Shown: one piece after another, positions 25,501-37,095 of the stretch
How the letters are laid out: each line of letters opens with the position of its first letter
Position numbering within the stretch: the stretch's first letter is position 1
From: Trichodelitschia bisporula
Lineage: Eukaryota
DNA: 64,000 nt
Assembly: GCA_010356995.1 (NCBI GenBank)
Contig: ML996693.1
Coordinates: forward strand, 186,001 to 250,000
Direction: 5' to 3'
Notes under the pieces: generated by a model
The model's input: only the letters and a program-made list of their open reading frames with translations
Told to the model about the DNA's origin: nothing
Databases searched by the model: none
Program-made: the position numbers and the translations under genes

Positions 25501-27312
25501 GGTGTAATGGGTCGTGATCTGAGCCGATGGCAGTTTCGTAGAAGCCGGCGACTGAGAAGGGCGAGTTTGCGAACTCGGCACGGTGACCGTGACTGAATCC
25601 AAAGGTGGCCGGGACGGAATCGGTGCCTGTGTAGGAGCACGAGGGAGAGGCTTGGGTGCTGGAGGACCCGTGACATAAGAGGGGCCAACCCCGCTGGAGG
25701 AAGGATGTCGGACGTCAATGGATGGTGGACGTGCAGAGGGGCCTGATGATACAGGGGTTTGTCGAGTCTCCATTTCCTGAAGACGCGGGTCCAGGTTCGG
25801 GTTCAGGTTCTGTCCCAGATTCTGAGGAATAACGTTCGCTACCACATCCGGATGCTGTTGCTTGAGTTGCTCCAGCCTCGCCATCAAAGCTCGCAGCTCA
25901 GCTTCAGCTGTTGCCTTTGCGAGTGGAGACGACATGTCCGCGGTTTGGCCCCTAGTGGCCAGCGGTGCTCCAGGAATGCGAGGGCCATTCTTTCGTTTCT
26001 CTTCAACCAGCCAAGCAGCCTCCTCTTCCTTCGCCTTAGCCGCGGCAAGATCCTGTTCGTACCGTTGTCGTTTAGCAGTTTCCTCAACTTCGTGCTGTCT
26101 GCGCTGTTCTACCCGGCATGGATCCAGCACCCTCGCCTCCCACTGTCTCCGCTGTTCCGCCTCGCGTTGTTCTTGCTCTTCTGCCGCATGCTGTTTCTGC
26201 CGCTCAAGCTTACGTCGTATCGGTTCTAACAGTTCCTGTGATCTGCGTTCCGCAGCCAGGTATCGCTCCTCAAACTGGTTTAGCTCCGGCTCTTTTGCCT
26301 CACGTTCTCTCCGTTGATTCGCCCGGAGTTGTGCCTGCTCTTCCGCGGCCCACTGTCTGCGCCCCTCCGCACGCAATCTGTTCTCTTCCGCCTGACACCG
26401 TTCCTGCTCTTCCGCGGCGCGTTGTCCCCACTCCGCCTCGCGTTTTGCCTGCTCTTCCGCGGCCTGCTTTCTGTGCCACTCCTGCTCGCTTTGTATCTGT
26501 TCTTCCGCCTCGCGTTGTCTGGCTTCTGCTGCCCTTCTGGCGGCTTTCTCAGCTTCGACTCGACGCAAGTGTTCACGTTCGAGTCGCGGGTCGTACACCT
26601 GGCTTGGGTTCACGGCGTTTGACTGCTCGTACGGCTGGCTATTGAGTATGGGCGCAAGGGATGATTGAGCGTACTGCTGGATGGAATTACCTCCAGTCTG
26701 GTACGGCGGAACGGCAGGTAGCGCAAATCGGGAGGAGTTTCCTTGCCAAAGCTGTTGCAATTGGCGTGCTGAAGGGCTGTTCGACCGAGTGGGCGAGATT
26801 GCGGGAAGCTGGATCCTCTGGTGCGGAAAGGTGCCTAGGCCGTGAGGAGCAGATCCGCGAGGTGTGTTGATAGCAGTTGGCACGCGGTTTGGAACTGGGC
26901 CGGTCCGAGAAACACCGACGTTGGCGAGCCGCTGCTGTGAGACCTGGTGTTGGTACTCAGTTGGCTGTGGGGACGGCGAAGGCTGCTGTTGAACCTGGCG
27001 CTGCTCAGGGCGAATGCTATCAATGCCGGGTAGACCGCCGTAGCTCAACCGGTCGTAGAGAGCACTTGACTGGATGGGCGTCGACTCGAAGTGCGTAGGA
27101 GTGGCCTCGCTCACAGGGTAGTAGGGAAGATTCGACTCGTACGCGACAGCGCGATTCCCTACCCCCGTCGTGTTCTGGTCGTACCAGTTCGAATAGTATG
27201 GTTGCTGGTATGGATTGCTCGCTGGGTCGTTCTGCGAGTTCTGGACTGTGTTATTTGCGTTCTCCGTAATACGATTCGGCCCAGTAAAGTATCGTTCATT
27301 GGGGTCGGCCAT
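22517..27312 (-). CDS. Large, mostly disordered nuclear protein with coiled coil, AT-hook-like RGRP motif and C-terminal C2H2-like fingers; junction near 23118-23162 unresolved
   Basis: The 1386-aa ORF (E/R/Q coiled coil, RGRPPGWRK) is followed closely by a 208-aa ORF in another frame. The second ORF has CSW..C....LLKHVELVH and CYWTGC...WLNHVARIH. Confidence 0.7.
24241..24398 (-). repeat. Degenerate 18-bp coding tandem repeat (SQxxPx hexapeptide, about 9 units)
   Basis: Encodes SQAAPT SQVVTK SQAAPK SLVLPN VQVMPN SQVAPH SQIAPH SLVVPN SQAV. Confidence 0.8.
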
Positions 27313-27785
27313 TGCGCGTAGATGTGGCGATGGGTGCGCGTGGTGGGGGTCATGATATGGCTAGAAGCTTTGTTGAGTAAAAGACGCGACCGGAGGTGAA
27401 ATACACACATAAACATGATGATAGCATGCCCATAAGATCACCGTGCACGCGTGCCGCCTAGTTGCTCGTTCTGGAAGGACCGGAGGAGGAGAATTTGGAA
27501 GGAACGATGCCGTAGAACAAGAGCACGGTTGCGCCCATTCCGTCTCGTGTACAGCTTTAGGAAAAGTCACTGCTAAAATTTAGGTGTCCAGCGGTATCTT
27601 GATGTGCAGCGACTTTATCTTCGGTCTGACGATCGCTGTAAATCGCTCGGCTCAGCAGGTTTCTCCGCTTCCGTGCCAAGGTTTTCCACATCGCGAACTG
27701 GCGCAGTCGAAATTGGCGTGTACCTCCATTTCAAAACCCGCAACGCCAACCCCACGACCAACTCTCCACCCCGGAATCCGACACC

Positions 27786-28388
27786 ATGACGAGAGTTAAC
27801 AGCGGTATGCCGATCGGTTGTATTTTGACAGAGCAAATGCTCATGCGAAAATAGGGACCGCCTCCTCGCGGAGAAAGAGCCGCAAGGCTCACTTCGATGC
27901 TCCGTCCAGCGTGCGCCGGGTGATCATGAGCGCGCCCCTGAGCAAGGTGCGTTGCAACGACAATTTGAGGACTGCAACAGCTAACAGATGCAGGAACTTC
28001 GCGAGAAGTACAACGTACGGCCGCCCGCTCTCCATCCCATCCCCCGAGAAAACTGACGACCCCAGGTTCGCTCCATCCCCATCCGCAAGGATGACGAGGT
28101 CACCGTCGTTCGTGGCTCGCACAAGGGCCGCGATGGCAAAGTCACATCCGTCTACCGCCTCAAGTGTAGGCTATTCCATTCCTTTGCTGGCGTATGCTGA
28201 CACCGCTAGACGTTATCCACGTCGAGCGCCTCACTCGTGAGAAGTCGAACGGCCAGTCCATCCCCGTCGGCATCGCTGCGTCCAAGGTCGTGATCACCAA
28301 GCTCAAGCTCGACAAGGACCGGGAATCGATCCTGGAGCGGTTTGCCAACGGCCGGGAGGCGGCTAAGAAGAAGCGGGAGAGCAAGTAG
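27786..28388 (+). CDS. RPL26: 60S ribosomal protein L26 (uL24); introns 27805-27854, 27947-27993, 28015-28065, 28166-28209
   Basis: Spliced product reads [52 protein letters not shown]...[15 protein letters not shown]. Confidence 0.97.
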
Positions 28389-29207
28389 ATGGGTTCTGGG
28401 CTGGTTGCATCAGGCGTTCCACGAGTATCCATGGCTTGTTTTGACGGCATAACGGGGCTCGGACATTCCATGAGAGTATTCGAGCACAAAAGAATCAACC
28501 GGTTCTGACCATGGTGTCGACTTGTGGTGTTGCGGCTTGCGGCTTGCGGGTCGTGAAGTTCATGCATGCTATTGTGCTTCTATTGGTCCAGTTGCCGGTA
28601 TATATTTGCACTACTTCCTGTACAACCGCAGTATATCAACTCGGCAGCCTCATCCAGCAATGGGTGCCCTTGGCTGTCGTAGTTAAACAACTAGCGAAGA
28701 TCAATGCGGCGTCGTTGCCACTCTCGCCTGCAGACTGTCTCTCGAGCCCATGGAGAAGAGAGTTTGAAGGTGAGATACATATGCATACCCCAGGTAGGTC
28801 CTTTGCCATTTGTCAGCCTTTCATAGCAATAACGTCCGTCGGAGTCTTGCAACTGTCCGAGTGCATTGTGCTTAGATGTGTTTCTGCTTTCAGGTTCCTG
28901 ACTACTAATCATACCACCCCGCAATCGCGTACCGACTGCGTGGGATGTGGAGGTCGTGCACTAGCGGACGAATGATGCAAGATCGGCGTCTGGCCAGGCC
29001 GGCCACGGCGGGCTGTGATAGGCGGGGTCGGTGCATCTCCCGGCCGTTTACAGAGGCGGCCTGGTAACGACATCTTGAGCATTACAAATGCAACTACTCG
29101 CGAGAGGTATATATCGAGGTAGCAGAAGCGGGGTGTTGCCTTCCATTCGCTCAGTCACCTTGCTTCAATCCCCGTTCTTCACTTTCAGATCCCTCCAGAC
29201 GTCAACT

Positions 29208-30039
29208 ATGTCTCCTAAGCTTATTACTGTCATTGCGGGTGTTGGTGCCGGAACTGGCGCTGCTGTTGCTCGTCGATTTGCGGCTAAGTATCCGGTCGTG
29301 CTCCTTGCGCGCAAGCCGGAGAATTACCAGCCGCTGGTGGATGAGATCAACGGCGCGGGTGGCAAGGCGATCGGTTTCTCGGCCGATGTCGGGGATGCGG
29401 CCAGCATAAAGAATGCATTCGCAAAGATCGAGGAGGAGTTCGGCAACGATGTTGCTGCTGCGGTAGGTTGCGTGCTGGTTTACGAGACCTGGGCTGATGA
29501 TGCTAGGCGGCGGTGTTCAATGCCAGCGGCGGGTTCGTTCGCAAGCCCTTCCTCGAGCTGTCGGAGCAGGAGTTCATCAGCTCGGTTAATACGTCCATGT
29601 GCCTCCGCCCACGCCCGTAATGAGGACGGTAGCTAACACCCGCAGTCACGGCGGCTTCTACTTCAGCCAGGCCTCGCTGCCCCTCCTCCTCCGCGGCGTT
29701 AGCTCCTCCGAACACGCCCCCTCGCTGATCTTCACCGGCGCAACGGCGAGCGTCAAGTCCAACGCCGGTGTCTCGGGCTTCGCGACCGGCAAGTTCGGAC
29801 TCCGCGCTCTGTCCTCGAGTCTGGCGAAGGAGTTTGGGCCGAAGGGTGTGCATGTTGCGCATGCGATTATTGACGGGGTGATTGATATCCCGCGGACGAA
29901 GGAGTGGATGAAGGATGCGGGGCCCGATGCGAAGATTGGGGCGGATGCGATTGCGGATGCGTATTGGCATTTGCATACCCAGCCTAAATCAGCATTTACG
30001 TGGGAGATTGATATTAGGCCGTTTGTAGAGAAGTGGTAG
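29208..30039 (+). CDS. Short-chain dehydrogenase/reductase; introns 29463-29506 and 29599-29645
   Basis: AGVGAGTG Rossmann motif, LIFTGATASVK, FATGKFGLRAL, GVHVAHAIIDG and WEIDIRPFVEKW. Confidence 0.88.
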
Positions 30040-30568
30040 GGAAAGATGATCTGGGGTTTTGATGGATGAGGACTTAATGACGATTATGGCTGATATCGAT
30101 GTGGCGTGAATGCCCTTGAGAGCTTTTCGTCCATGTTTCCGAGTGAATACATCTATCTCAAGAGACATTTGGATCCGAAGAATGCACCACATGAATGTTG
30201 AGACATACAGGAGAGTAAGCAAATGACGCAAGTTTCTTCTTACTCTTCGGGCGTGAGAGCACATGTCAGCCTTGTACGGATTTCCTTCACCACCAACCAC
30301 ACAATGTGCCAATTGAGTAAGGAGAGAAGCCATCGTTGAATCCTATGCTTCAAACTCCTCAATGAACCACACCTCATGCATCGTAAATCACGATCCCTCA
30401 AATTGACCAAAGAGATTGCCCTTCAGGCCCCCCTCAAACCATTCGTCAAAATCACAGCTGAAAGTGGCCCGTGCGCATGGAGAACCTCATGTCTCCGCGC
30501 CGTCCGCCACACGACGCGCCCTGCACTTTGATGCCCAGTACATCCCCAACACCACACTTAACCTCCGA

Positions 30569-31787
30569 ATGGCCCTCCAACTACCACTCCCCTCTCTCCT
30601 CCCCCTATCCCTCTCCATCCTCGCTCTCGCCGCCGCAACAATGTGGTTCTTCACCCGCAAAAACCACTTCGAGCTCGAAGGCCGCGTGCGTCCCCCCCCN
30701 NNNNNNNNNCCACTTCGAGCTCGAAGGCCGCGTGCGTCCCCCCCCCCCCCCCCCCCCCCCCCCCCTTTCACCACCCCAAAACTAACCTCCCCAGACCATC
30801 CTCATAACCGGCTCCTCCCAAGGCATGGGCCGGGAAGTCGCCGCGCTGTGCGCGCGCAAAGGGGCGCACGTAATCATCGTCGCGCGCAACGAGGCCAAAC
30901 TCGCCTCCGCCCTCGAGTACATCCGCGGAGCAGCCAAATCGCCCTCCCAACGCTTCACCTCCCTCTCCGCCGACCTCACTTCCAGCTCTGAGAACATCCG
31001 CGTCCTTGCCGAAGCCACAGAGTGGAATAACAACGCCCTGCCGGACATAGTATGGGCGAACGCGGGTTCCGCCCTCCCCCGGCTGTTCCTCGATACGAAT
31101 GTCGAGACGCTGCGCGCGCAGATGGACGTTAATTACTGGGCCGCAGCCTACCTCGCACACGCAACCCTCAAAGCATGGTTGACGCCGCTGTCCGTCTCCG
31201 CGCCGCCCTTACCTCCCGCAGCAGCGGCGGCGGCGGCGGAGACGGGGCCGCTGAAGCCCCGGCACTTCGTGATAACGAGCAGCGTGATCGCCTTCGCGGG
31301 TCTAGCGGGATACGCACCCTACGGCCCCGCTAAATCCGCGCTGCGCAGTCTAGGGGACAATCTCTCGCACGAGATGAACCTGTACAACGGGGCCTTAGCC
31401 GCGCCGGGCGCGCCCCGGCTACCAGAGACCAAGATCCACGTCGTGTTTCCCGGGACGATAACGAGCCCCGGACTGGAGTTGGAGAATCAAGTCAAGCACC
31501 CGGTGACACAGATGCTGGAGGAAGGAGACGTGGTGCAGAGCGAGGCGGAGGTAGCGGCGGCGGCGGTACGGGGGCTAGAGAGGGGAGAAGCTTTGGTTAC
31601 GACGCAGATACTCGGACATGTTATGCGCTGGGGTATGCTTGGGAATCGGCGGAATGGGTGGGGGGTGGTGGATGCGTTTGTGGGCGGGGTTGTGAATTGG
31701 GTTTGGTGCTTTGTGGGGCCGGATATGGAGCGCAAGGTGTGGAAGTGGGGGAAGGAGAAGGGGATTAGTGATGGGAGGGCGAAGTGA
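30569..31787 (+). CDS. TSC10: 3-ketodihydrosphingosine reductase; intron 30686-30794 (spans the N gap)
   Basis: N-terminal hydrophobic segment, KNHFELEGR|TILITGSSQGMG, YAPYGPAKSALRSL, FPGTITSPG and C-terminal hydrophobic helix. Confidence 0.88.
30700..30709. other. Assembly gap (10 N) flanked by a duplicated ~35-bp segment and poly-C
   Basis: ccacttcgagctcgaaggccgcgtgcgtcccc occurs on both sides of the Ns. Confidence 0.95.
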
Positions 31788-32017
31788 GTGCGTTTTTTCG
31801 AAGGCGGGTGTCAGGTAATTGTAAAGTAGTTGTGTGTTCAGACTAATTAGCTCTGATTCTGAGACATGTACGCCGATTCGGCGCTACATAGCTCGAGCTC
31901 CTCAATCAGATACAACATGTCAACCCGGCATTCTCAGCACCCTCGTCCCCGATCTTGTCTCGACTGTCAATTACCTCCACCACCCCTACTCCTTCACAGC
32001 GCCTCGATCATGCACCC

Positions 32018-33361
32018 CTACTTCCTCTCCTCCCCCGTCCGCCCACCCAATCCCCCCGCAACACCCTCCTGCCGCCCATCCTCCCAACTCGCCCAACTCA
32101 TAACATGTCCACGCCCCTCCCCCCTAGCCTCGAGCCTGACCCCCGCCCTCAACGCCATCGGCAAAGGCTCCGCAGTATCAAGTTCATACACGGGCGGTCC
32201 CTGATTCGCCATCTCCGGGCTCGGCAACTCAACCGGGGACACATCAGCCGTTCCGCCGGCAGGCCGCGGAGGCACAAGCACACCGCCCATTTCCCCGTGG
32301 CCGGGATACGGCCCCGGCACGCCCAGTCCCAGACCCGTGGCACCGTACAGAGTTGGCCCGGACACACCGCTGTGCTGCATCCCAGAAACGCCACTATTCA
32401 ACCCCGAGACACCGCTGTAAGTCCCACTCGCCTCACTCCTCCCAACATACCCACCCGGCTCACTCTCACTAAACAAGCTAAAACTCGTCGGCGGCCGATC
32501 GCGACTCTGGTGCACGGTGCCCTCACTCGCCCTCCCCGTCTCGCTCGCTCCGATCGCACTCATTCCGGCGCCAGCCCCGACTGCAGACGCATCCTTTTCG
32601 TCGAGTTCGACACGCGGGTGTTCGGGTATGGACGGGAGCTCAGCGCGGGCACCGAGGCCGAAGGGGGCGGGGGAGGGGGGTCCGGGGGAGGGGGGTCCGG
32701 TGGAGGGGGGCGTAGGCGGTTTGCGGGCGCGGCGCCGGCGACGGAGACAGAATAGGATGAGGAGGGAGAGGAGGGCGAGGGTGCCGAGGGGGATGGTTGT
32801 GCCGAGGATTATGCGTTTGGCGGTTGGACTGAGACCGGTGGCGCTGGTGGGTGTGGGAGAAGGGGTGCCTGTTGGGGAGGGCATGACGGTCGCTATGGCG
32901 GTGGTAGTTGCCGTTGCTGTTTCCGCTGGAATGGTAGACGAAGCGGCTGCGGTGGATGGTGAGGTGCTGAATGTGGAGGGAGCGGCAGACGCGCTCGGCC
33001 TCGAAGGGTTCAAAGTCGTAGTCGCAATCGCGGTCGTAGTTGAAAACACCCGAGTCGTCGACGTCGCCGCGGCCTTGGTCCCCGGAATAGTAGCTATGTC
33101 GTCAGCCACGCTCATCCCAGCCGGGGCATACATACTGTTTATGAGCGTTGTAATCAGTGTTGGATCATCAATGGTCACCTGCCCCGGCTCGACGTCGGTC
33201 GTCGCCGCCAGGGCAAAGTCCGTGGTGCGTATCGCCAGACATCCAATACTGTTGTTGCATGGATCCATGCCACAGCACCCGCTGAAGCCATTGATGCGGC
33301 ATGTGAACCACTGGTTGCCGTCCGGACAGCTGTGGTCATCGCGCTCGACGAATGGAGGCAT
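32018..33361 (-). CDS. Single-pass mucin-like membrane protein with N-terminal Cys-rich module, S/T-rich stalk and cytoplasmic ELP/ELD motifs
   Basis: CPDGNQWFTC..GFSGCCGMDPC...C, a T/S/A-rich region, TM segment IILGTTIPLGTLALLSLLILFCL followed by RRRRR. Confidence 0.82.
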   Translation of the reverse strand: MPPFVERDDHSCPDGNQWFTCRINGFSGCCGMDPCNNSIGCLAIRTTDFALAATTDVEPGQVTIDDPTLITTLINSMYAPAGMSVADDIATIPGTKAAATSTTRVFSTTTAIATTTLNPSRPSASAAPSTFSTSPSTAAASSTIPAETATATTTAIATVMPSPTGTPSPTPTSATGLSPTAKRIILGTTIPLGTLALLSLLILFCLRRRRRARKPPTPPSTGPPSPGPPSPAPFGLGARAELPSIPEHPRVELDEKDASAVGAGAGMSAIGASETGRASEGTVHQSRDRPPTSFSLFSESEPGGYVGRSEASGTYSGVSGLNSGVSGMQHSGVSGPTLYGATGLGLGVPGPYPGHGEMGGVLVPPRPAGGTADVSPVELPSPEMANQGPPVYELDTAEPLPMALRAGVRLEARGEGRGHVMSWASWEDGRQEGVAGGLGGRTGEERK

Positions 33362-34278
33362 TGTTGTTAGGTGACGTGCGAAGGAGGAGGAGGTGCGATG
33401 TGCAAGGAAGACATGCAGTGACAATGTATGGGAGGACGTGCAGTCCCGATATGCGTAGGAGGAAGGCGCAACTCCAACCCTCGCACGCGACAAACCCAGC
33501 AAAGCGTGGAAGCGAGGTGCGTGGTGCGTGGTGTTCGCCACGAGCAGCGCAAAAAACAACAAAGTTTGCTGCACCAGGTCGATGATGGTAAAGTCTTAGT
33601 CAAGTCAGTGCCCGGGTTCGCAAGCCAATGCCACAGTCACGGTCCGCATGTTGTTGCCAGCGTACCGTCCGCAAGTCATTGCCACAATCACGCTCCGCAA
33701 GTCCTTGCCAGCGTCACGATGCGCACTCCACCACCGCTCCCAAGCCCTGAGCACTCCAGGCCCAGCGCGCATAAGACAACTTATCCCCCTGAGCCACATG
33801 AGAAGGGACAAAATCCGATCTGCCCTGCATCAGCACACAGCATCATAACACAGGCAATGCGACGTTGGGCGGTCCTCGTTACACGGCCATTGTCTAACCC
33901 GCGCGGATGGCTGCATGTTGTCTTGATTGCGTGACACAGGCGGATCCGGCGCGTGTCCCCGAAGGAGGCTGAGTATTTTCCTCCGCATGCACTATGATCC
34001 CTGATAGTGTATCGCGGCCAGTTCGACTTCTCTTGAAGATAAATGCGGTGCGCAAGGCTGGCAGTCGTGATCTCGAAACTCGGCGCAATATGCAAGGCTG
34101 AAGCACGCGCCCACCGCGGCTCCGCCGCGCCCCGCCGTACGCGCACCAACCACCACTATCGAGGGCATATACCTCCGTGCCCCACCATGGGCGGGTATAT
34201 TACTCCATCCCTCGACCTCATCCCTTCAAAGAAAGCACCAACCATGCACTCCACACGCGAACACACGATCTTTCAACA

Positions 34279-35877
34279 ATGGCGCGACTCCTCCTCCACC
34301 TCGTCCCCATCCTCGCCCTCATCCTCCCCGTCCTCTCCCAACCCCCACCCGACAACCCCACCATCACACTCCCCCACGCCAAACTAATCGGCACCAACAT
34401 CCCCTCCCTAAACCTAACCCTCTACCGACGCATCCCCTTCGCCGCCCCCCCGGTCGGTGCCCTGCGCTTCCGCGCCCCACAGCCCCCCTTACACGTACCC
34501 ATCTACAACACCAACCAACCCTTCCCCGCCTGCCGCGGCGCCGGCAACTACCCCAGCGACAGCGAAGACTGCCTGTACCTCGCCGTATACAGCAAAGCCT
34601 GGTCCCAGCCACAGCGCCTGCGCCCCGTCGCCGTCTTCTTCTACGGCGGCGGCTTCATCCGCGGCGGCGCCTCGCTCAGCATCCCGCCCTCCGCCTACCC
34701 GATCTTAAACTCCAGCGCAACCAACGATATCGTCTTCGTCTACCCCAACTACCGCACCAACGCCTTCGGCTTCCTGCCCGGGAGCCCGATTGCGAAGGCG
34801 AAAGACGCGGATTTCAATCCCGGGCTGCTGGACCAGGAGGCTGCGTTGCGCTGGGTGCAGGAGCACATTGCGGCGTTTGGCGGTGATGCGGCTGACGTGA
34901 CTATCTGGGGCCAGAGCGCGGGGGGCGGGAGCGTGATCGCGCAGGTCGTGGCGCAGACGGGCCGGGGCGGACAACCGCTTTTCCGTAAAGCGCTGGCGAG
35001 TTCGCCTTTTTGGCCGCGGACGTATGCGGGCGATGGCCCAGAGGCGGACGAGATTTACGTGCGGTTGATACAGGAGGTCAACTGTGGGGGAGCCAAGGAT
35101 ACGCTGGCGTGCCTGCGCGGCGTGGAGTCGGGGAAGCTGGCCATAGCAGCGGGGAAGATTTCGGGTGTGAAGAAATACACGACGAGCACGTTCCTGTGGG
35201 CTCCGGTCGTGGACGGCGTGTTTCTGAAGACGGGGCTTAGCGAAGCGGTGAAGAAGGGCCTAGACGTGGAGATGGGCTTCGGTATGTACAACGCGCACGA
35301 GGGGGAGAATTTCACACCCGGGAGCTTGAAGAAAGGCGACTTCGAACAGTGGCTTCGAGGCTTTTTGCCTGGTTTCGATGCTCGGCGGCTCACGCACCTG
35401 GAGCAGCTGTACCCGCCAAACGGCGATGCGGGCAGTTTCTCGTACGCCGATCCATGGGAACGCGCTGGCAGCATGTACCGCGACCTGGTGCTGGCGTGTC
35501 CGGCGTTGTGGCTCGGGCGAGGAGCGAGAAAAGGGGGTTACGTCGGCGAGTACGCGATATCGCCGGCTAAGCATGCGAGCGACGTAGGCTTCGTAAGTAG
35601 CGCCTCCGGAGTTGCTCTTCTGGCCTCCTAACATGGGTAGTGGAACACGGTCAACCCACTGCAGAGGAACAACGAAACCATCTACCACGGATTCGCGGGC
35701 GCGTTTGCGAGCTTCTTTCAGAGTGGCGAGGCGCACGCGGGAGAACTCAAGCTTCCGGATGCGAAGTCCGGAATGGAGTTGGTGATTGAATCCAAGGGGT
35801 TTAGGACGGCGAATATTGCGCTGTTAGAGGAGAGGTGTGCTTTCTGGCTGGACAACGCGAAGAATGTGCCTTTCTAG
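34279..35877 (+). CDS. Secreted carboxylesterase type B / lipase; intron 35593-35640
   Basis: Signal peptide, IPFAAPPVGALRF, SEDCLYL, FYGGGF, NYRTNAFGFL and catalytic WGQSAGG. Confidence 0.92.
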
Positions 35878-36135
35878 GTCTCTTGCGGAAATGGCCGTTG
35901 CAATCGAGATGGAGCATCACATGTAATCTGAGATGCCCTTCGGTGCTGTTCGATAGCGGCAATCATTCTGCTGCTGGAGGGTAGGTGCTCTTCTGACTAA
36001 ATGATGCGAAGAGCGTTCCATTGAGGTCTTCTCGTTGAGATGTTCGTCGTAACCGGGGTTAGAGCATTAAACGTTGTGGGAGGCGAGATGTTCCTGCTGG
36101 CTGAATCCCGAAAAGAGGGTGCCATTTCAGGTATC

Positions 36136-37095
36136 CTAGTTAACCGGTCCGATGGAATCGGGATAGAGCATCGAATGTAGCCTTTCGATGTCGTCCGGCG
36201 TAGTTCGACAGCACCCACCGATGAACCTGATGCCCAATCCCTCCCACACTCGCACGCATTCATGAAAAGGCCGTTGCGCCGGCTGCTTGCCTGACCATTC
36301 CTTGGCGGCGGCACCGTAAGTCTCGCCGGAATTGGGACAGATGAGTAGAGGCTTGTCGGTGTGTCGGCGTAGCACGGTGCAGGCAGCGGTAGCCAGTGCC
36401 TCTGGCGCGCAACTGACGCCGATGGCGAGCACCTTGGGGCTCTCCTTGAAAAGAGCAGCTACAGTACTCAGAGGTGTGCCGTCGCTGAGATGGTCGGCGT
36501 CTTTGACGGTGAAGGAGAATAGGACTTTTGCTTCTGGGAATTCGTCCGCCAAGAAGTGGAACAGAACGCGTACTTCCTCGTATGAAGGCATCTTCTCACA
36601 GAACAGCATGTCGACGCCGGCTTTGAGAAGCTCTTCGATCCTTCCGCGATGGAAGGCCTTCAAGTCGTCCTCCGGCAGCCAGTAGTCCCCGCGGTACTCG
36701 GATCCGTTGGCCAAAAACGCGCCGTAGGGACCAACGGACCCGGCAATGAACATTGGCTGATTACAATACGCCGTTGTGACTCTTCGTCTTGCGCGCTTAG
36801 CGACGCCTACACTGATGTGAATGAGCCTGCGGGCCCTTTCCTCGCTCACTGCGGCATGCTCGCATAGGCCCTTGATAGACGCATGGTACGTAGCAGTCAT
36901 GGCGATGTTGGCTCCCATTGTGTAGTATATGTCGTGTATGCGGCGCAGCTCATTGGGCTCGTGAAGAAGGGCGTCAGCGGACCAAAGAGGTGTGGTAAAC
37001 GTGTAGCCTCGACGTGCTAGTTCCGTGGCCAAGGCGCCGTCGAGAAGAATGGGAAGGGGAGAGTTGCGAAGGAAGTCGACGATATCCATGGCCAT
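36136..37095 (-). CDS. Homocysteine S-methyltransferase (MmuM/Sam4/Mht1 family), intronless
   Basis: LLDGALATEL, LWSA, AGSVGPYGA..ANGSEYRGDY, PNSGE.Y and IGGCCRTTPDDI. Confidence 0.9.
   Translation of the reverse strand: MAMDIVDFLRNSPLPILLDGALATELARRGYTFTTPLWSADALLHEPNELRRIHDIYYTMGANIAMTATYHASIKGLCEHAAVSEERARRLIHISVGVAKRARRRVTTAYCNQPMFIAGSVGPYGAFLANGSEYRGDYWLPEDDLKAFHRGRIEELLKAGVDMLFCEKMPSYEEVRVLFHFLADEFPEAKVLFSFTVKDADHLSDGTPLSTVAALFKESPKVLAIGVSCAPEALATAACTVLRRHTDKPLLICPNSGETYGAAAKEWSGKQPAQRPFHECVRVWEGLGIRFIGGCCRTTPDDIERLHSMLYPDSIGPVN

Noticed and set aside
30664..30765. Apparent tandem duplication of the TSC10 exon-1 end and splice donor
   Set aside because: The copies flank a 10-N gap next to a long poly-C run. 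This is typical of an unmerged contig overlap.
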